A stretch of 64,000 bases of DNA from the NCBI GenBank assembly GCA_043744715.1, contig JAYTUE010000214.1, positions 41,332-105,331 on the forward strand. The letters run 5' to 3'. The notes beneath the pieces are model-generated. The model was not told where the DNA came from. It was given only the letters and a program-made list of their open reading frames with translations, and ran no database searches. Positions 49,342 through 57,835 of the stretch are shown here, in pieces. Within the stretch, counting starts at the first letter, position 1. Every line of letters begins with the position of its first letter. The stretch is from Verrucomicrobiota bacterium (GTDB taxonomy: Bacteria > Verrucomicrobiota > Verrucomicrobiia > Limisphaerales > CANJSG01). A program made the translations under genes and the position numbers.

Positions 49342-50638
49342 GATCTGGACCATCGCCCGCACCGAATACCTCAACGCCATCCGTTCCAAGGCGTTCATCA
49401 TCGGCATCATCCTGCTGCCCGTGATGATGTCCGGCAGCCTCATCGTCGGACGCCTCACGAAGGGCAACACCGACATCCGCCCGCGGAAGCTCGCCATCGT
49501 CGACCAGTCGGGCTGGTTGGCCGAGAAGATCGAGACTCGCGCCGCCGCCCGGAACGAGAAGGACCTCTTCGACCCGGCCAACAGGACGAAGCAGATCCGG
49601 CCGGCGTTCGTCATCGAACGCATCGACGCCAAGTCCGCCGACGAGAAGGTCGAGGTCTCGCTCTCCGAACGCGTGCGGAAGAAGGACCTCTTCGCCTTCC
49701 TCATCATCCGGCCCGGCATCGTCGATCCGGCCGCCACGAACACCGTCTCCTACTTCACCGAGACCGCCTCCTTCATGGAGCTGCCGGGCTGGCTGAACGC
49801 CGTGCTGACCGACGAGATCACGCGGAAACGCTTCGAGGGTGCCGGCGTCGACCAGGGCCTCGTGGAGAAGCTGACCAAGCCGGTCAACGTCCGGCAGCTC
49901 GGCCTAGCCGAAGTGGACCAGTCGGGACAAGTCATCAAGGCCAAGGAGACCAACCGCATGGCCACCTTCATGATCCCCTTCGCCTCGATGATGATGATGT
50001 TCATGCTCGTCATGTCCTCCGCGCCCGCGCTGCTCAACAGCGTGCTGGAGGAAAAGATGCAGAAGATCGCCGAGGTGCTCGTGTCCTCCGTGACGCCCTT
50101 CGAGCTGATGGCCGGGAAGCTGGTCGGCACGGTCTTCGTCTCTCTCACCTTGTCCGTGCTCTACCTCGGCGGAGCCGCGCTGATCATGACGCAGATGGCG
50201 CTGACGGGTTATGTGAACCCGGCGCTCCTCCTCTGGTTCATCGTCTTCCAGCTGCTGGGCCTGCTCATCTTCGGGTCCATCTTCATCGCCATCGGTTCCG
50301 CTTGCAGCGAGATCCGCGACGCCCAGAGCCTGATGAGCCCGGCCATGATGATGATCGTCCTGCCGATGTTCTGCCTCGTGCCCGTGCTGGAATCGCCCTC
50401 CAGCACCTTCTCCCGCGCCATCTCGCTCTTCCCGCCGGCCACACCGATGCTGATGACCCTCCGCATCGCCTCGAAACCCGGTCCGCCGCTCTGGGAAATC
50501 CTCCTGGGCGTCGTGCTCTGCACGGCCTTCACCATCTTTTGCCTCTGGGCGGCGGCGAAGGTCTTCCGCATCGGCATCCTCTCCCAGGGCCAGGCACCCA
50601 CCATCGGCAAGATGATCAAGTGGGTCTTCTCGAAGTGA
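49334..50638 (+). CDS. ABC-2 type transporter permease (NatB-like)
   Basis: ORF 49172..50638; start taken at MRKIWTIARTEYLNAIRSKAF, overlapping the ATPase gene by 8 nt. A large extracytoplasmic loop is followed by 5 TM segments. Confidence 0.75.
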   Translation: MRKIWTIARTEYLNAIRSKAFIIGIILLPVMMSGSLIVGRLTKGNTDIRPRKLAIVDQSGWLAEKIETRAAARNEKDLFDPANRTKQIRPAFVIERIDAKSADEKVEVSLSERVRKKDLFAFLIIRPGIVDPAATNTVSYFTETASFMELPGWLNAVLTDEITRKRFEGAGVDQGLVEKLTKPVNVRQLGLAEVDQSGQVIKAKETNRMATFMIPFASMMMMFMLVMSSAPALLNSVLEEKMQKIAEVLVSSVTPFELMAGKLVGTVFVSLTLSVLYLGGAALIMTQMALTGYVNPALLLWFIVFQLLGLLIFGSIFIAIGSACSEIRDAQSLMSPAMMMIVLPMFCLVPVLESPSSTFSRAISLFPPATPMLMTLRIASKPGPPLWEILLGVVLCTAFTIFCLWAAAKVFRIGILSQGQAPTIGKMIKWVFSK

Positions 50639-50655
50639 GCGCGAGCTGTGGCTCA

Positions 50656-50702
50656 AGCGCCGGAGGCGCGTTGGGATATTAGCCGGAGGCGCGAGCCACC
50701 GG
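50656..50702. repeat. Solo family-C terminus within a repeat-filled convergent intergenic region
   Basis: AGCGCCGGAGGCGCGTTGG GATATTAGCCGGAGGCGCGAGCCACCGG is approximately the reverse complement of 31975-32021. The rest of 50640-50960 has no credible ORF. Confidence 0.65.
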
Positions 50703-50972
50703 AAAAGCCGCGCAGGAATGTCAGCCCTGACGGGGCCGAGGAGGATACGATCCGTTTGCATCTGCAAGGCGCGGAGCGCCGAAAGAAAGTAGCCCCCAGC
50801 GTGAGCTGTGGGTGATCTGGCGTTGAGGCCCTCCAGCCCCAGCGGGGCGGCAGAGCCTCTCGCCCGCCTTCCTCCATCACGATTCTTCCGCCCCTCCCGG
50901 GGCTAATCCGGCTCCCGATCTCAACCCACGGCTCTCGCCGTTGGCTACTGTCTGGCGGTGCTCAGCACCTTC

Positions 50973-52424
50973 TCAACCCAGCAGCTTCTTCCACCGCGCG
51001 ATCTGCTTCTTCACCTCGGCCGTGCCGGGCGCGCCGACGAGTTTGCGGCGTTGCATGGCCTTCTTGAGGTCGAAGACGTCGGCGACGTCCGGGCCGAACT
51101 GGTCGCTGGCGCTGCGGAACTCTTCCAGCGTCACCTGGTCGAGCGGCTTGCCCGCCTTCTCCGCCAGCGCCACGACGGCTCCAATGACATGGTGGGCCTG
51201 CCGGAACGGCATTCCCTTCCGCACGAGATAGTCGGCGAGGTCCGTGGCGAGGAGCTGCGGATCGGCGGCGGCGGCGTTGCAGTTCGCGGCCTTCACGTTC
51301 GTGTTGTCGAGCATCGCGGCCATGAGACGCACGCAGGCGCGGACGGTGTCGGCGGTGTCGAAGAGGCGTTCCTTGTCCTCCTGCATGTCGCGGTTGTAGG
51401 TCATGGGCAGCCCCTTCAACAGCGTGAGCAGGGAGACGAGGTTGCCGATGACGCGGGCGGATTTGCCGCGCGTGAGTTCGGCCACGTCGGGATTCTTCTT
51501 CTGCGGCATGAGCGACGAGCCGGTGGTGTAGGCGTCGGCGATCTTGATGAAGTTGAACTCGCTCGTGGCCCACAGGATCACGTCCTCGGCCAGGCGGCTG
51601 AGATGCACGGCGGCGAGCGCTGCGTCGGCACAGAACTCGACGACGAAATCGCGGTCGCTCACGCCGTCCATGGAGTTCTGCGTGACCTGGGGCCGGCCGG
51701 CTTCGTCCACGAAGCCGAGCTGCCGGGCGACGAGTTCCCGGTCGATCGGGAGAGTGGTGCCGGCGAGCGCGCCTGAGCCGAGCGGGCAGACGTTGACGCG
51801 CTTGTAGCAGTCGCCGAGGCGTTGCCGGTCGCGGTCGAACATCTCCACGTAGGCGAGGCAATGGTGCGCGAAGTAGACCGGCTGGCCGCGTTGGAGATGG
51901 GTGTAGCCGGGAATGAGCGTGTCGCCGGCGCGTTCGCCCAAAGCGACGAGCGAGGCCTGGAGCGAGGCGAGTTCGGCTTCGAGGGAACGCAGTTCGTCGC
52001 GGGTCCAGAGGCGGACGTCGAGCGCGACCTGGTCGTTGCGGGAGCGCGCGGTGTGGAGCTTGGCGCCGGCCGGGACGCGCTTGGTCAGCTCGGCCTCGAT
52101 GTTCATGTGGACGTCCTCCAGCTCGGGCTTCCACTGGAACGTGCCCGCCCCGATCTCCGAGCCGATCTGTTCCAGGCCGTCGACGATCGCGTCGCGCTCG
52201 GCCTTCGTCAGGATGCCGATGACGCAGAGCATGGTGGCGTGGGCGATGGAGCCACGGATGTCATGCCGCCACAGGCGCCAGTCGAAGGAAATGGATTCGG
52301 AGAAGGCAGCGACATCGGCGGCGGGGCCATGGGCGAAGCGGCCGGAGCGCGAAGTCACCGAGATGGGCGCGGCGGCTTGGGAGGAAGGTTTGGCGGTGGA
52401 CTTGGAACGGGCGGTCTTTTTCAT
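50973..52424 (-). CDS. argH: Argininosuccinate lyase
   Basis: ORF 50973..52631; start taken at MKKTARSK. SGRFAHGPAADVAAFSESISFDWRLW, GYTHLQRGQPV, and the signature GSSLMPQKKNPD. Confidence 0.9.
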   Translation of the reverse strand: MKKTARSKSTAKPSSQAAAPISVTSRSGRFAHGPAADVAAFSESISFDWRLWRHDIRGSIAHATMLCVIGILTKAERDAIVDGLEQIGSEIGAGTFQWKPELEDVHMNIEAELTKRVPAGAKLHTARSRNDQVALDVRLWTRDELRSLEAELASLQASLVALGERAGDTLIPGYTHLQRGQPVYFAHHCLAYVEMFDRDRQRLGDCYKRVNVCPLGSGALAGTTLPIDRELVARQLGFVDEAGRPQVTQNSMDGVSDRDFVVEFCADAALAAVHLSRLAEDVILWATSEFNFIKIADAYTTGSSLMPQKKNPDVAELTRGKSARVIGNLVSLLTLLKGLPMTYNRDMQEDKERLFDTADTVRACVRLMAAMLDNTNVKAANCNAAAADPQLLATDLADYLVRKGMPFRQAHHVIGAVVALAEKAGKPLDQVTLEEFRSASDQFGPDVADVFDLKKAMQRRKLVGAPGTAEVKKQIARWKKLLG

Positions 52425-52681
52425 CGGCGCCCGGAGTGTGGAAACGCGGCGAAGGCGAGTCACGCAGGAAGGAGGCCCAGCAGCGAAGCAACCGGGGGTT
52501 CGCTGACAACTTTCTGACAAACTCCGCACCCGGCCATGACAACCGCCTTGTCGGGTTGGGCTACATCGAAGGGGTATGAAAACCCGCATCCTCCTATCAA
52601 TCCTCGCCGCCACGGCGGGGAGAGCCCGCATCGCGGCCGGCTTCGCTCCATTTCGCCGAGTTCAAGAATGGGCGTGCCCGT

Positions 52682-52948
52682 ATGCAGGTGGTCGAATCGT
52701 TGGCGGCCGGAGAGCGCCGCGGCTTGAAGTTGACGGAAGCGACCGAGCCCGCTGCGGTGAAGAAGGGCCTTGAGGCCAGCCTGAAACGCAGCCTCGTGGC
52801 GACGGATCCCCGGGACGCGTTGAACATCGCCGTCCGTTGGACGTCGCCTTGGCGGCCCACGCGCAACGGCGACGAGTTCACCGTCTTGATCGATCCCGCC
52901 TCGCTGCCTTCCACCGGATTCTATTCGCTCGTCGTTCGACTGAGATGA
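52682..52948 (+). CDS. Hypothetical small ORF (doubtful)
   Basis: 88 aa in a 650-nt gap. I see no RBS and recognise no family. Confidence 0.2.
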   Translation: MQVVESLAAGERRGLKLTEATEPAAVKKGLEASLKRSLVATDPRDALNIAVRWTSPWRPTRNGDEFTVLIDPASLPSTGFYSLVVRLR

Positions 52949-53075
52949 ACGAAAAGGGGCGTCGTTGCTGGTGCCCTGCTGTCAATTTGCGGGAGTCTTG
53001 CGCCTTGGAAGTGTCATCCCCACGCTCCTCATGTGGTTTTCGGATGCCGGCTGAACGCCGTCCGACGGATGCGCG

Positions 53076-54398
53076 ATGACCAGCGGCCCAACATTTCCAA
53101 CCGTGTCGAAGAAAATCCCGTGGATCCATGTCACGGGATTCCTTGGGGTGGTCTGCTGGGGGGCGCTTGCCTGGCGGAGCCAACACGGTCCCGAGTCCGG
53201 CAAGCTGGCGTGGTGGCTCGGCGCGCACGCGGCCGGCTGGCTCCTCCTGGCAATCGCCTGGCGTGCCGGGCGTGCCGGGCGGCCCGGTTTCAACACGGGC
53301 TGCATTTTCGCCTGGGCGCTGGCCTTCCGGATCTGCGGACTCATGGCTGAGCCCGTGCTGGAGGACGATCACCACCGGTTTCTCTGGGATGGAAGGATGA
53401 TGGCCCTCACGGGAGATCCCTATCGCAGGGCGCCTGCGGAATTTTTCCAGGATTCAACGGTTGAACCCCGCTTCCAGCGGGTCCTCGACCAGATCAACAA
53501 TCCCGGATTGACCACGGTCTACGGGCCCGTCTGCCAGCTTGGTTTTGCCCTGGGACACGTCGTGGCCCCGGCGCAGCTCTGGCCGTGGAAACTGGTCCTC
53601 ATCGGGGCGGAGATGGCCGTGCTTCTGGCATTGCGCCGGCGGCTTTCTGAAACCGGGTTCCTGCTGCTCGCGTGGTGTCCGCTGGCGGTGGCGGAGTCCT
53701 CGTTCAACGCCCATCCGGACATGCTGGGCGTCGCGCTCATGGTGGCGGCGTGGACGGTCCGTTCCCCATGGCTCGCCGGAGTGCTCGCCGCCGCCAGCGG
53801 CGGCACGAAGGTCTTCGGCTGGCTGGTGGCGCCGTTCATCCTCGTGAAATCCGGATGGCGCGCATGGCCGGCGTTCGGCCTGGCCCTGGCCGTCCTCTAC
53901 GTGCCTTTCCTCCGCAATGGGGGACTGGCGGAGTTCGCTTCGCTTCGCACCATGGCGACAAGCTGGGAGTTCAACCCGGCCGTGTTCGCCCTGCTGGATC
54001 TGTTGATGGAGTCGACTGCCGCTCGCCTGTCATGCCTTTTCCTTTTCGGACTCCTGTGGGTCGTCGTCGCCTGGCGCTGGCTGCGAAATCGTCCGAGAGA
54101 AACGGGCTCGGAAACGGTGGCTCCCCCGGGAGGAATGGTCTTCGGCGGATTCCTCCTGCTCTCGGCCACGATCAATCCCTGGTATGTGCTCTGGCTTTGG
54201 CCCTTCGTGGCGATGCGTCCGACGCGCGCCGGCGTGGCGGCATTGGCCATGGTCACGTTGAGCTATTGCACCGGCCGGAATCTCGGGCTGGAAGCCATGG
54301 AACCCTTCGCCCATCCGGCGTGGGTGGGGCCGGTTGAGTTCGGGGTGATTTTGGTCGCGGCGGTCTGGGACAGGATGCGGCCCGTTCGAATGGAATGA
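53076..54398 (+). CDS. Polytopic membrane protein, GT-C-like glycosyltransferase candidate (DUF2029-like)
   Basis: 440 aa with ~10 predicted TM segments. The first loop, DDHHRFLWDGRMMALTGDPY, is reminiscent of polyprenyl-phosphate-dependent glycosyltransferases. The family call is tentative. Confidence 0.45.
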   Translation: MTSGPTFPTVSKKIPWIHVTGFLGVVCWGALAWRSQHGPESGKLAWWLGAHAAGWLLLAIAWRAGRAGRPGFNTGCIFAWALAFRICGLMAEPVLEDDHHRFLWDGRMMALTGDPYRRAPAEFFQDSTVEPRFQRVLDQINNPGLTTVYGPVCQLGFALGHVVAPAQLWPWKLVLIGAEMAVLLALRRRLSETGFLLLAWCPLAVAESSFNAHPDMLGVALMVAAWTVRSPWLAGVLAAASGGTKVFGWLVAPFILVKSGWRAWPAFGLALAVLYVPFLRNGGLAEFASLRTMATSWEFNPAVFALLDLLMESTAARLSCLFLFGLLWVVVAWRWLRNRPRETGSETVAPPGGMVFGGFLLLSATINPWYVLWLWPFVAMRPTRAGVAALAMVTLSYCTGRNLGLEAMEPFAHPAWVGPVEFGVILVAAVWDRMRPVRME

Positions 54399-54603
54399 AC
54401 GGGCCGGCGTTCCAAGCGGGCTTTCGCCTGTCAAAGAGTCGAGACACATCGAAGATTCCTATGGATTCATGAACGAAGAACTCGTTTCCTTGCTGAAGAA
54501 GAGGGTGGCCCGATACGTCGATTGTCTCCTGGCTTTGACCGCAGGATCCTTGGGGCAGTGCTTCGGGGGCTGGCGGAGAAGGTCCGTCATCCATACTGAT
54601 ACC

Positions 54604-56043
54604 ATGCGTTTCCTTGTCATCCTAACGGCGCTGCTGGGCCTGGTCCGCGCCGCTTCCGCCGTGGAACCCTACGGCGAGTCGCTTCGTCCCCAGTTCCATT
54701 TCACTGCGCGCAGCAACTGGCTGAACGACCCAAATGGCCTCGTCCACTACGCCGGCGAATGGCATCTGTTCTTCCAGCATAATCCCAGGGGAAACCAGTG
54801 GGGCAACATGACCTGGGGCCACGCCGTCAGCACGAACCTCTTCCACTGGAAACAGCTCCCCGACGCGATCCGGCAGGATGAACAGGGCGACATCTGGTCC
54901 GGCTCGGCCGTGGTCGATTGGAACAACACGGCCGGCTTCGCCGGCGGACCAGAGAAGGCCCTGGTCGCCCTCTACACGACGGCCGGAGGCTTCACTCCGG
55001 AGCGCGACAAGAAGACGTTCACCCAGAGGCTCGCCTACAGCACCGACAAGGGCCGCTCGTGGACGAAATCGCCCTCGAACCCGGTCATCGCCCAGCGTGG
55101 CGACGGCGACCGGGATCCGAAGGTCTTCTGGCATGAACCGACGAAGAAGTGGGTCATGGTCCTCTATGTGGGCGTGCCCGACGCGCAGGAGAAGGATCCT
55201 AAGGGCCATCCCGTCATCCGCCACACCGCGCAGATCTTCAATTCGCCGGATCTCAAGGCGTGGACCTTTCTCTCCACCGTGCCCGGCATCTACGAGTGCC
55301 CCGATCTCTTCGAGCTTCCCGTCGATGGGAACCGGGCCAATACCCGCTGGGTCCTCTTCGGCGCGGACGGCAACTACCTCCTCGGCCGCTTCGACGGCAC
55401 CGACTTCGTCTCCGAAGGCCCTAGGCAGACCGGCGACCACGGCGCGAACTTCTACGCCGCCCAGACCTACAGCGACGTGCCCGACGGCCGGCGGATCCTC
55501 GTCGGCTGGATGCGTGGCGGAAAATATCCGGGCATGCCGTTCAACCAGCAGATGGGCCTTCCCGTTGAACTCAGCCTCGTCACGACGCCCGCTGGAATCC
55601 GCCTCTTCCGCCAGCCGGCCAAAGAACTCGCCCAGCTCCGCACCGGCCAGCGCATCGAGCTCGGCGGCTCGCCGTTGCGCGCGGGTGAAAGCCTGCCCCT
55701 CAACCCGCAGTCCGATCTCGTCCAGGGCGAGCTGCGCTTCGCACCCGGCGCAGGCGGCGATGTCGTCCTCAATGTCCGCGGGGCCGAAATCCGCTGGTCG
55801 GCCGCGGATCGTTCGCTGCACGCCTTCGGACGGAAGGCCCCGCTCGCACCCGTCGACGGCAGGATCAGCCTGAACGTGGTGCTGGACCGGAGCTCCATCG
55901 AGATCTTCGGCAACAACGGCGAAGTCGCGATGTCCTTCTGCTTCATCCCCAAATCCGGCGACACCGAATGGCGTCTCACCGCCGTCGAGTCCCCGATGCG
56001 GCTATCCGGTTGGACGCTGCGCCGGCTCAAGTCGGTCTGGTGA
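54604..56043 (+). CDS. Glycoside hydrolase family 32 (beta-fructofuranosidase/levanase-like), secreted
   Basis: ORF 54469..56043; start taken at MRFLVILTALLGLVRAASA. NWLNDPNG (nucleophile block), FFQHNP, RDPKVFW, and YECPDLFEL (acid/base). Confidence 0.85.
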   Translation: MRFLVILTALLGLVRAASAVEPYGESLRPQFHFTARSNWLNDPNGLVHYAGEWHLFFQHNPRGNQWGNMTWGHAVSTNLFHWKQLPDAIRQDEQGDIWSGSAVVDWNNTAGFAGGPEKALVALYTTAGGFTPERDKKTFTQRLAYSTDKGRSWTKSPSNPVIAQRGDGDRDPKVFWHEPTKKWVMVLYVGVPDAQEKDPKGHPVIRHTAQIFNSPDLKAWTFLSTVPGIYECPDLFELPVDGNRANTRWVLFGADGNYLLGRFDGTDFVSEGPRQTGDHGANFYAAQTYSDVPDGRRILVGWMRGGKYPGMPFNQQMGLPVELSLVTTPAGIRLFRQPAKELAQLRTGQRIELGGSPLRAGESLPLNPQSDLVQGELRFAPGAGGDVVLNVRGAEIRWSAADRSLHAFGRKAPLAPVDGRISLNVVLDRSSIEIFGNNGEVAMSFCFIPKSGDTEWRLTAVESPMRLSGWTLRRLKSVW

Positions 56044-56055
56044 TGTTCGCCCGAC

Positions 56056-56763
56056 TCACTTCGCCAGCAGCGCATCCAGCTCGTTCAACCCGGTGTGGGA
56101 ACCGATCTCGTAGAAACGCGTCGCCACCTCGTGCCCGGCGAGCTGGTCGCGGCGGAGCAAGTCCTGCAACAGCTCCGCTAGATCGAAGGCTTCGCGGCCG
56201 GCGAACGGCTCGAAGGCTGCGGGCTTGAGCAGCTCCAGCCCGTAGTCGATGTGGCGCATCTCCGGCAGCGTCGCCTTCTTGTCGTAGATGCGGATGCGGC
56301 CGTCGGCGAAGACCACGTTGCTCGTGTCATGGCTGCCTTCGTTGCGATAGACGGTCATCAATCCCTGCTTGCCCGACTTCAGGAACGTCTCAGCCACGGG
56401 CGCAAAGGGAATAGGCAGATACGAATCGCCGTAGAGGACGAAGAAGGTGTCGCCCAGCAACGGCAACGCCTGCCGCAATGCCCCGCCGGTGCCGAGAAGC
56501 GTGGGGCCGTCGAACGAGTAATCCACCCGCAGGCCGAAGCGCGAGCCGTCGCCCACGACATCGCGCACCATCTCACCGAGGTAACCGACGCAGAGGACGA
56601 CATGGCGGATGCCCTCGCGCTGGAGCTGTTCGAGTTGGTGCTCGATGAACGGCCGCCCGGCCACGGCCACGAGCGACTTGGGAATCGTCTCCGTGATGGG
56701 CCGCAGGCGCGTGGCGAGCCCACCGGCGAGGATGGCGAGGGGAGGAAGGAGGATCGCGGGCAT
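56056..56763 (-). CDS. Sugar-1-phosphate nucleotidyltransferase, HddC-like (D-glycero-alpha-D-manno-heptose-1-P guanylyltransferase type)
   Basis: ORF 56056..56787; I prefer the start MPAILLPPLAILAGGLATRL (ATG 56763). Motifs PKSLVAVAGRPFIEH, LGTGGAL, VLYGDSY. Confidence 0.75.
   Translation of the reverse strand: MPAILLPPLAILAGGLATRLRPITETIPKSLVAVAGRPFIEHQLEQLQREGIRHVVLCVGYLGEMVRDVVGDGSRFGLRVDYSFDGPTLLGTGGALRQALPLLGDTFFVLYGDSYLPIPFAPVAETFLKSGKQGLMTVYRNEGSHDTSNVVFADGRIRIYDKKATLPEMRHIDYGLELLKPAAFEPFAGREAFDLAELLQDLLRRDQLAGHEVATRFYEIGSHTGLNELDALLAK
56639..56743 (-). repeat. 105-nt direct repeat, copy A (codons 8-42 of the intact nucleotidyltransferase)
   Basis: Matches 57678-57782 with 6 mismatches (about 94% identity). 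Confidence 0.85.
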
Positions 56764-56767
56764 CCGA

Positions 56768-57139
56768 TCAGCCGGTTGTCCATTCATAGTCGATTGGCGA
56801 ACCCAGAATCATCTCGGACTCTCGCAGCAACGCATCGTATTCCGCTTTGGTCAGATCCTCTTTGTCGCCCTTGAAATACGCATCGAGAAAGACCACATGG
56901 ATGCACTCGTCAATCTGGGACTGGCGGTAAACTAGGCGGTATCCGCCGCTCTTGCCGACATTCAAGCCGGGCACCCGCAGGCGCATCTTGCGGAGCTGGC
57001 CGTGCCCCGGAATGGAGACTCCATAACCCGGATTCAAGCCCAAGACTTTGCAGACATCGGGGCAGGCGTCGAACAGATGATGACGGGACTTCCTGCCGCT
57101 GCGGCGGACCCGGTGGGAGCAATGGAATCGAACGTCCAT
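56768..57139 (-). CDS. RelE/ParE-superfamily toxin (PF06296/DUF1044-like)
   Basis: 123 aa. LRKMRLRVPGLNVGKSGGYRLVYRQ...IHVVFLDAYFKGDKEDLTKAEYDAL is the typical core of this toxin group. The start is 8 nt after the antitoxin stop. Confidence 0.6.
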   Translation of the reverse strand: MDVRFHCSHRVRRSGRKSRHHLFDACPDVCKVLGLNPGYGVSIPGHGQLRKMRLRVPGLNVGKSGGYRLVYRQSQIDECIHVVFLDAYFKGDKEDLTKAEYDALLRESEMILGSPIDYEWTTG

Positions 57140-57147
57140 CGCCCTCG

Positions 57148-57639
57148 TCAGAGACCTTCCTTGTCCTCGCTCACGCCATAGGCCATCAGGGCCGGAGACA
57201 GTTTCTGGAGCTTGGCGGCATGGTGCCAGGCGGGTTCCTTGTGGCTCAGATCGGAGAGCGTCGCGGCCTTCTTTCTCCCGTGACTGCGGCAGACCTCGTC
57301 CATGATTCGTGCTTCTTCGGGCGAGAAAACAGCCATGTCCGCCGGGCGGAGCGACTGGATGGAATTGAGTCTGAAGTTTCCGACCTGCCGCTGCTCGCAG
57401 GTCACGGAGCCATCTTTGCTCAACTTCCTGATGTGCTTGTCACCCCGGCTGGGAACCGGGCCGTGCTCGTATTTGATGAACTCGGAACCCGTCACCGATT
57501 CGCCCAGATCGCGCAGCGCCTGGGTGTCGATGAAATACACGAGCTTCCAAAGCTTGGTCATTCCCAAGTCCTGGACATCGGGATGCCGGGCAATGAACAC
57601 CAGCAGCTCCTCCAGTTTTTTCGTGTTCAGCACAGTCAC
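57148..57639 (-). CDS. Panacea/DUF4065-domain (SocA/PanA-type) antitoxin
   Basis: The C-terminal ~161 aa of ORF 57148..57966, with a GTG start at 57639 or 57633. LGMTKLWKLVYFIDTQALRDLGESVTGSEFIKYEHGPVP matches the DUF4065 core. Confidence 0.65.
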   Translation of the reverse strand: MTVLNTKKLEELLVFIARHPDVQDLGMTKLWKLVYFIDTQALRDLGESVTGSEFIKYEHGPVPSRGDKHIRKLSKDGSVTCEQRQVGNFRLNSIQSLRPADMAVFSPEEARIMDEVCRSHGRKKAATLSDLSHKEPAWHHAAKLQKLSPALMAYGVSEDKEGL

Positions 57640-57664
57640 AACCTGAGTCCAACCCGATGGCCGG

Positions 57665-57802
57665 TCAAAGCCGGAGATGCTCGATGAACGGCCGCCCGGC
57701 CAGGGCCACCAGCGACTTGGGAATCGTCTCCGTGATGGGCCGCAGCCGCGTGGCGAGACCGCCGGCGAGAATGGCGAGGGGAATGTCGGCGATGATGGAC
57801 AT
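57665..57802 (-). pseudogene. 45-codon 5' stub of an HddC-like nucleotidyltransferase gene
   Basis: Reads MSIIADIPLAILAGGLATRLRPITETIPKSLVALAGRPFIEH, then LRL-stop. Homology to the intact gene ends exactly where the TA cassette begins. Confidence 0.65.
57678..57782 (-). repeat. 105-nt direct repeat, copy B
   Basis: See 56639-56743. Confidence 0.85.
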
Positions 57803-57835
57803 TGAATGGAGTCAGTCGTTTGGCGGTGGCTTCGA

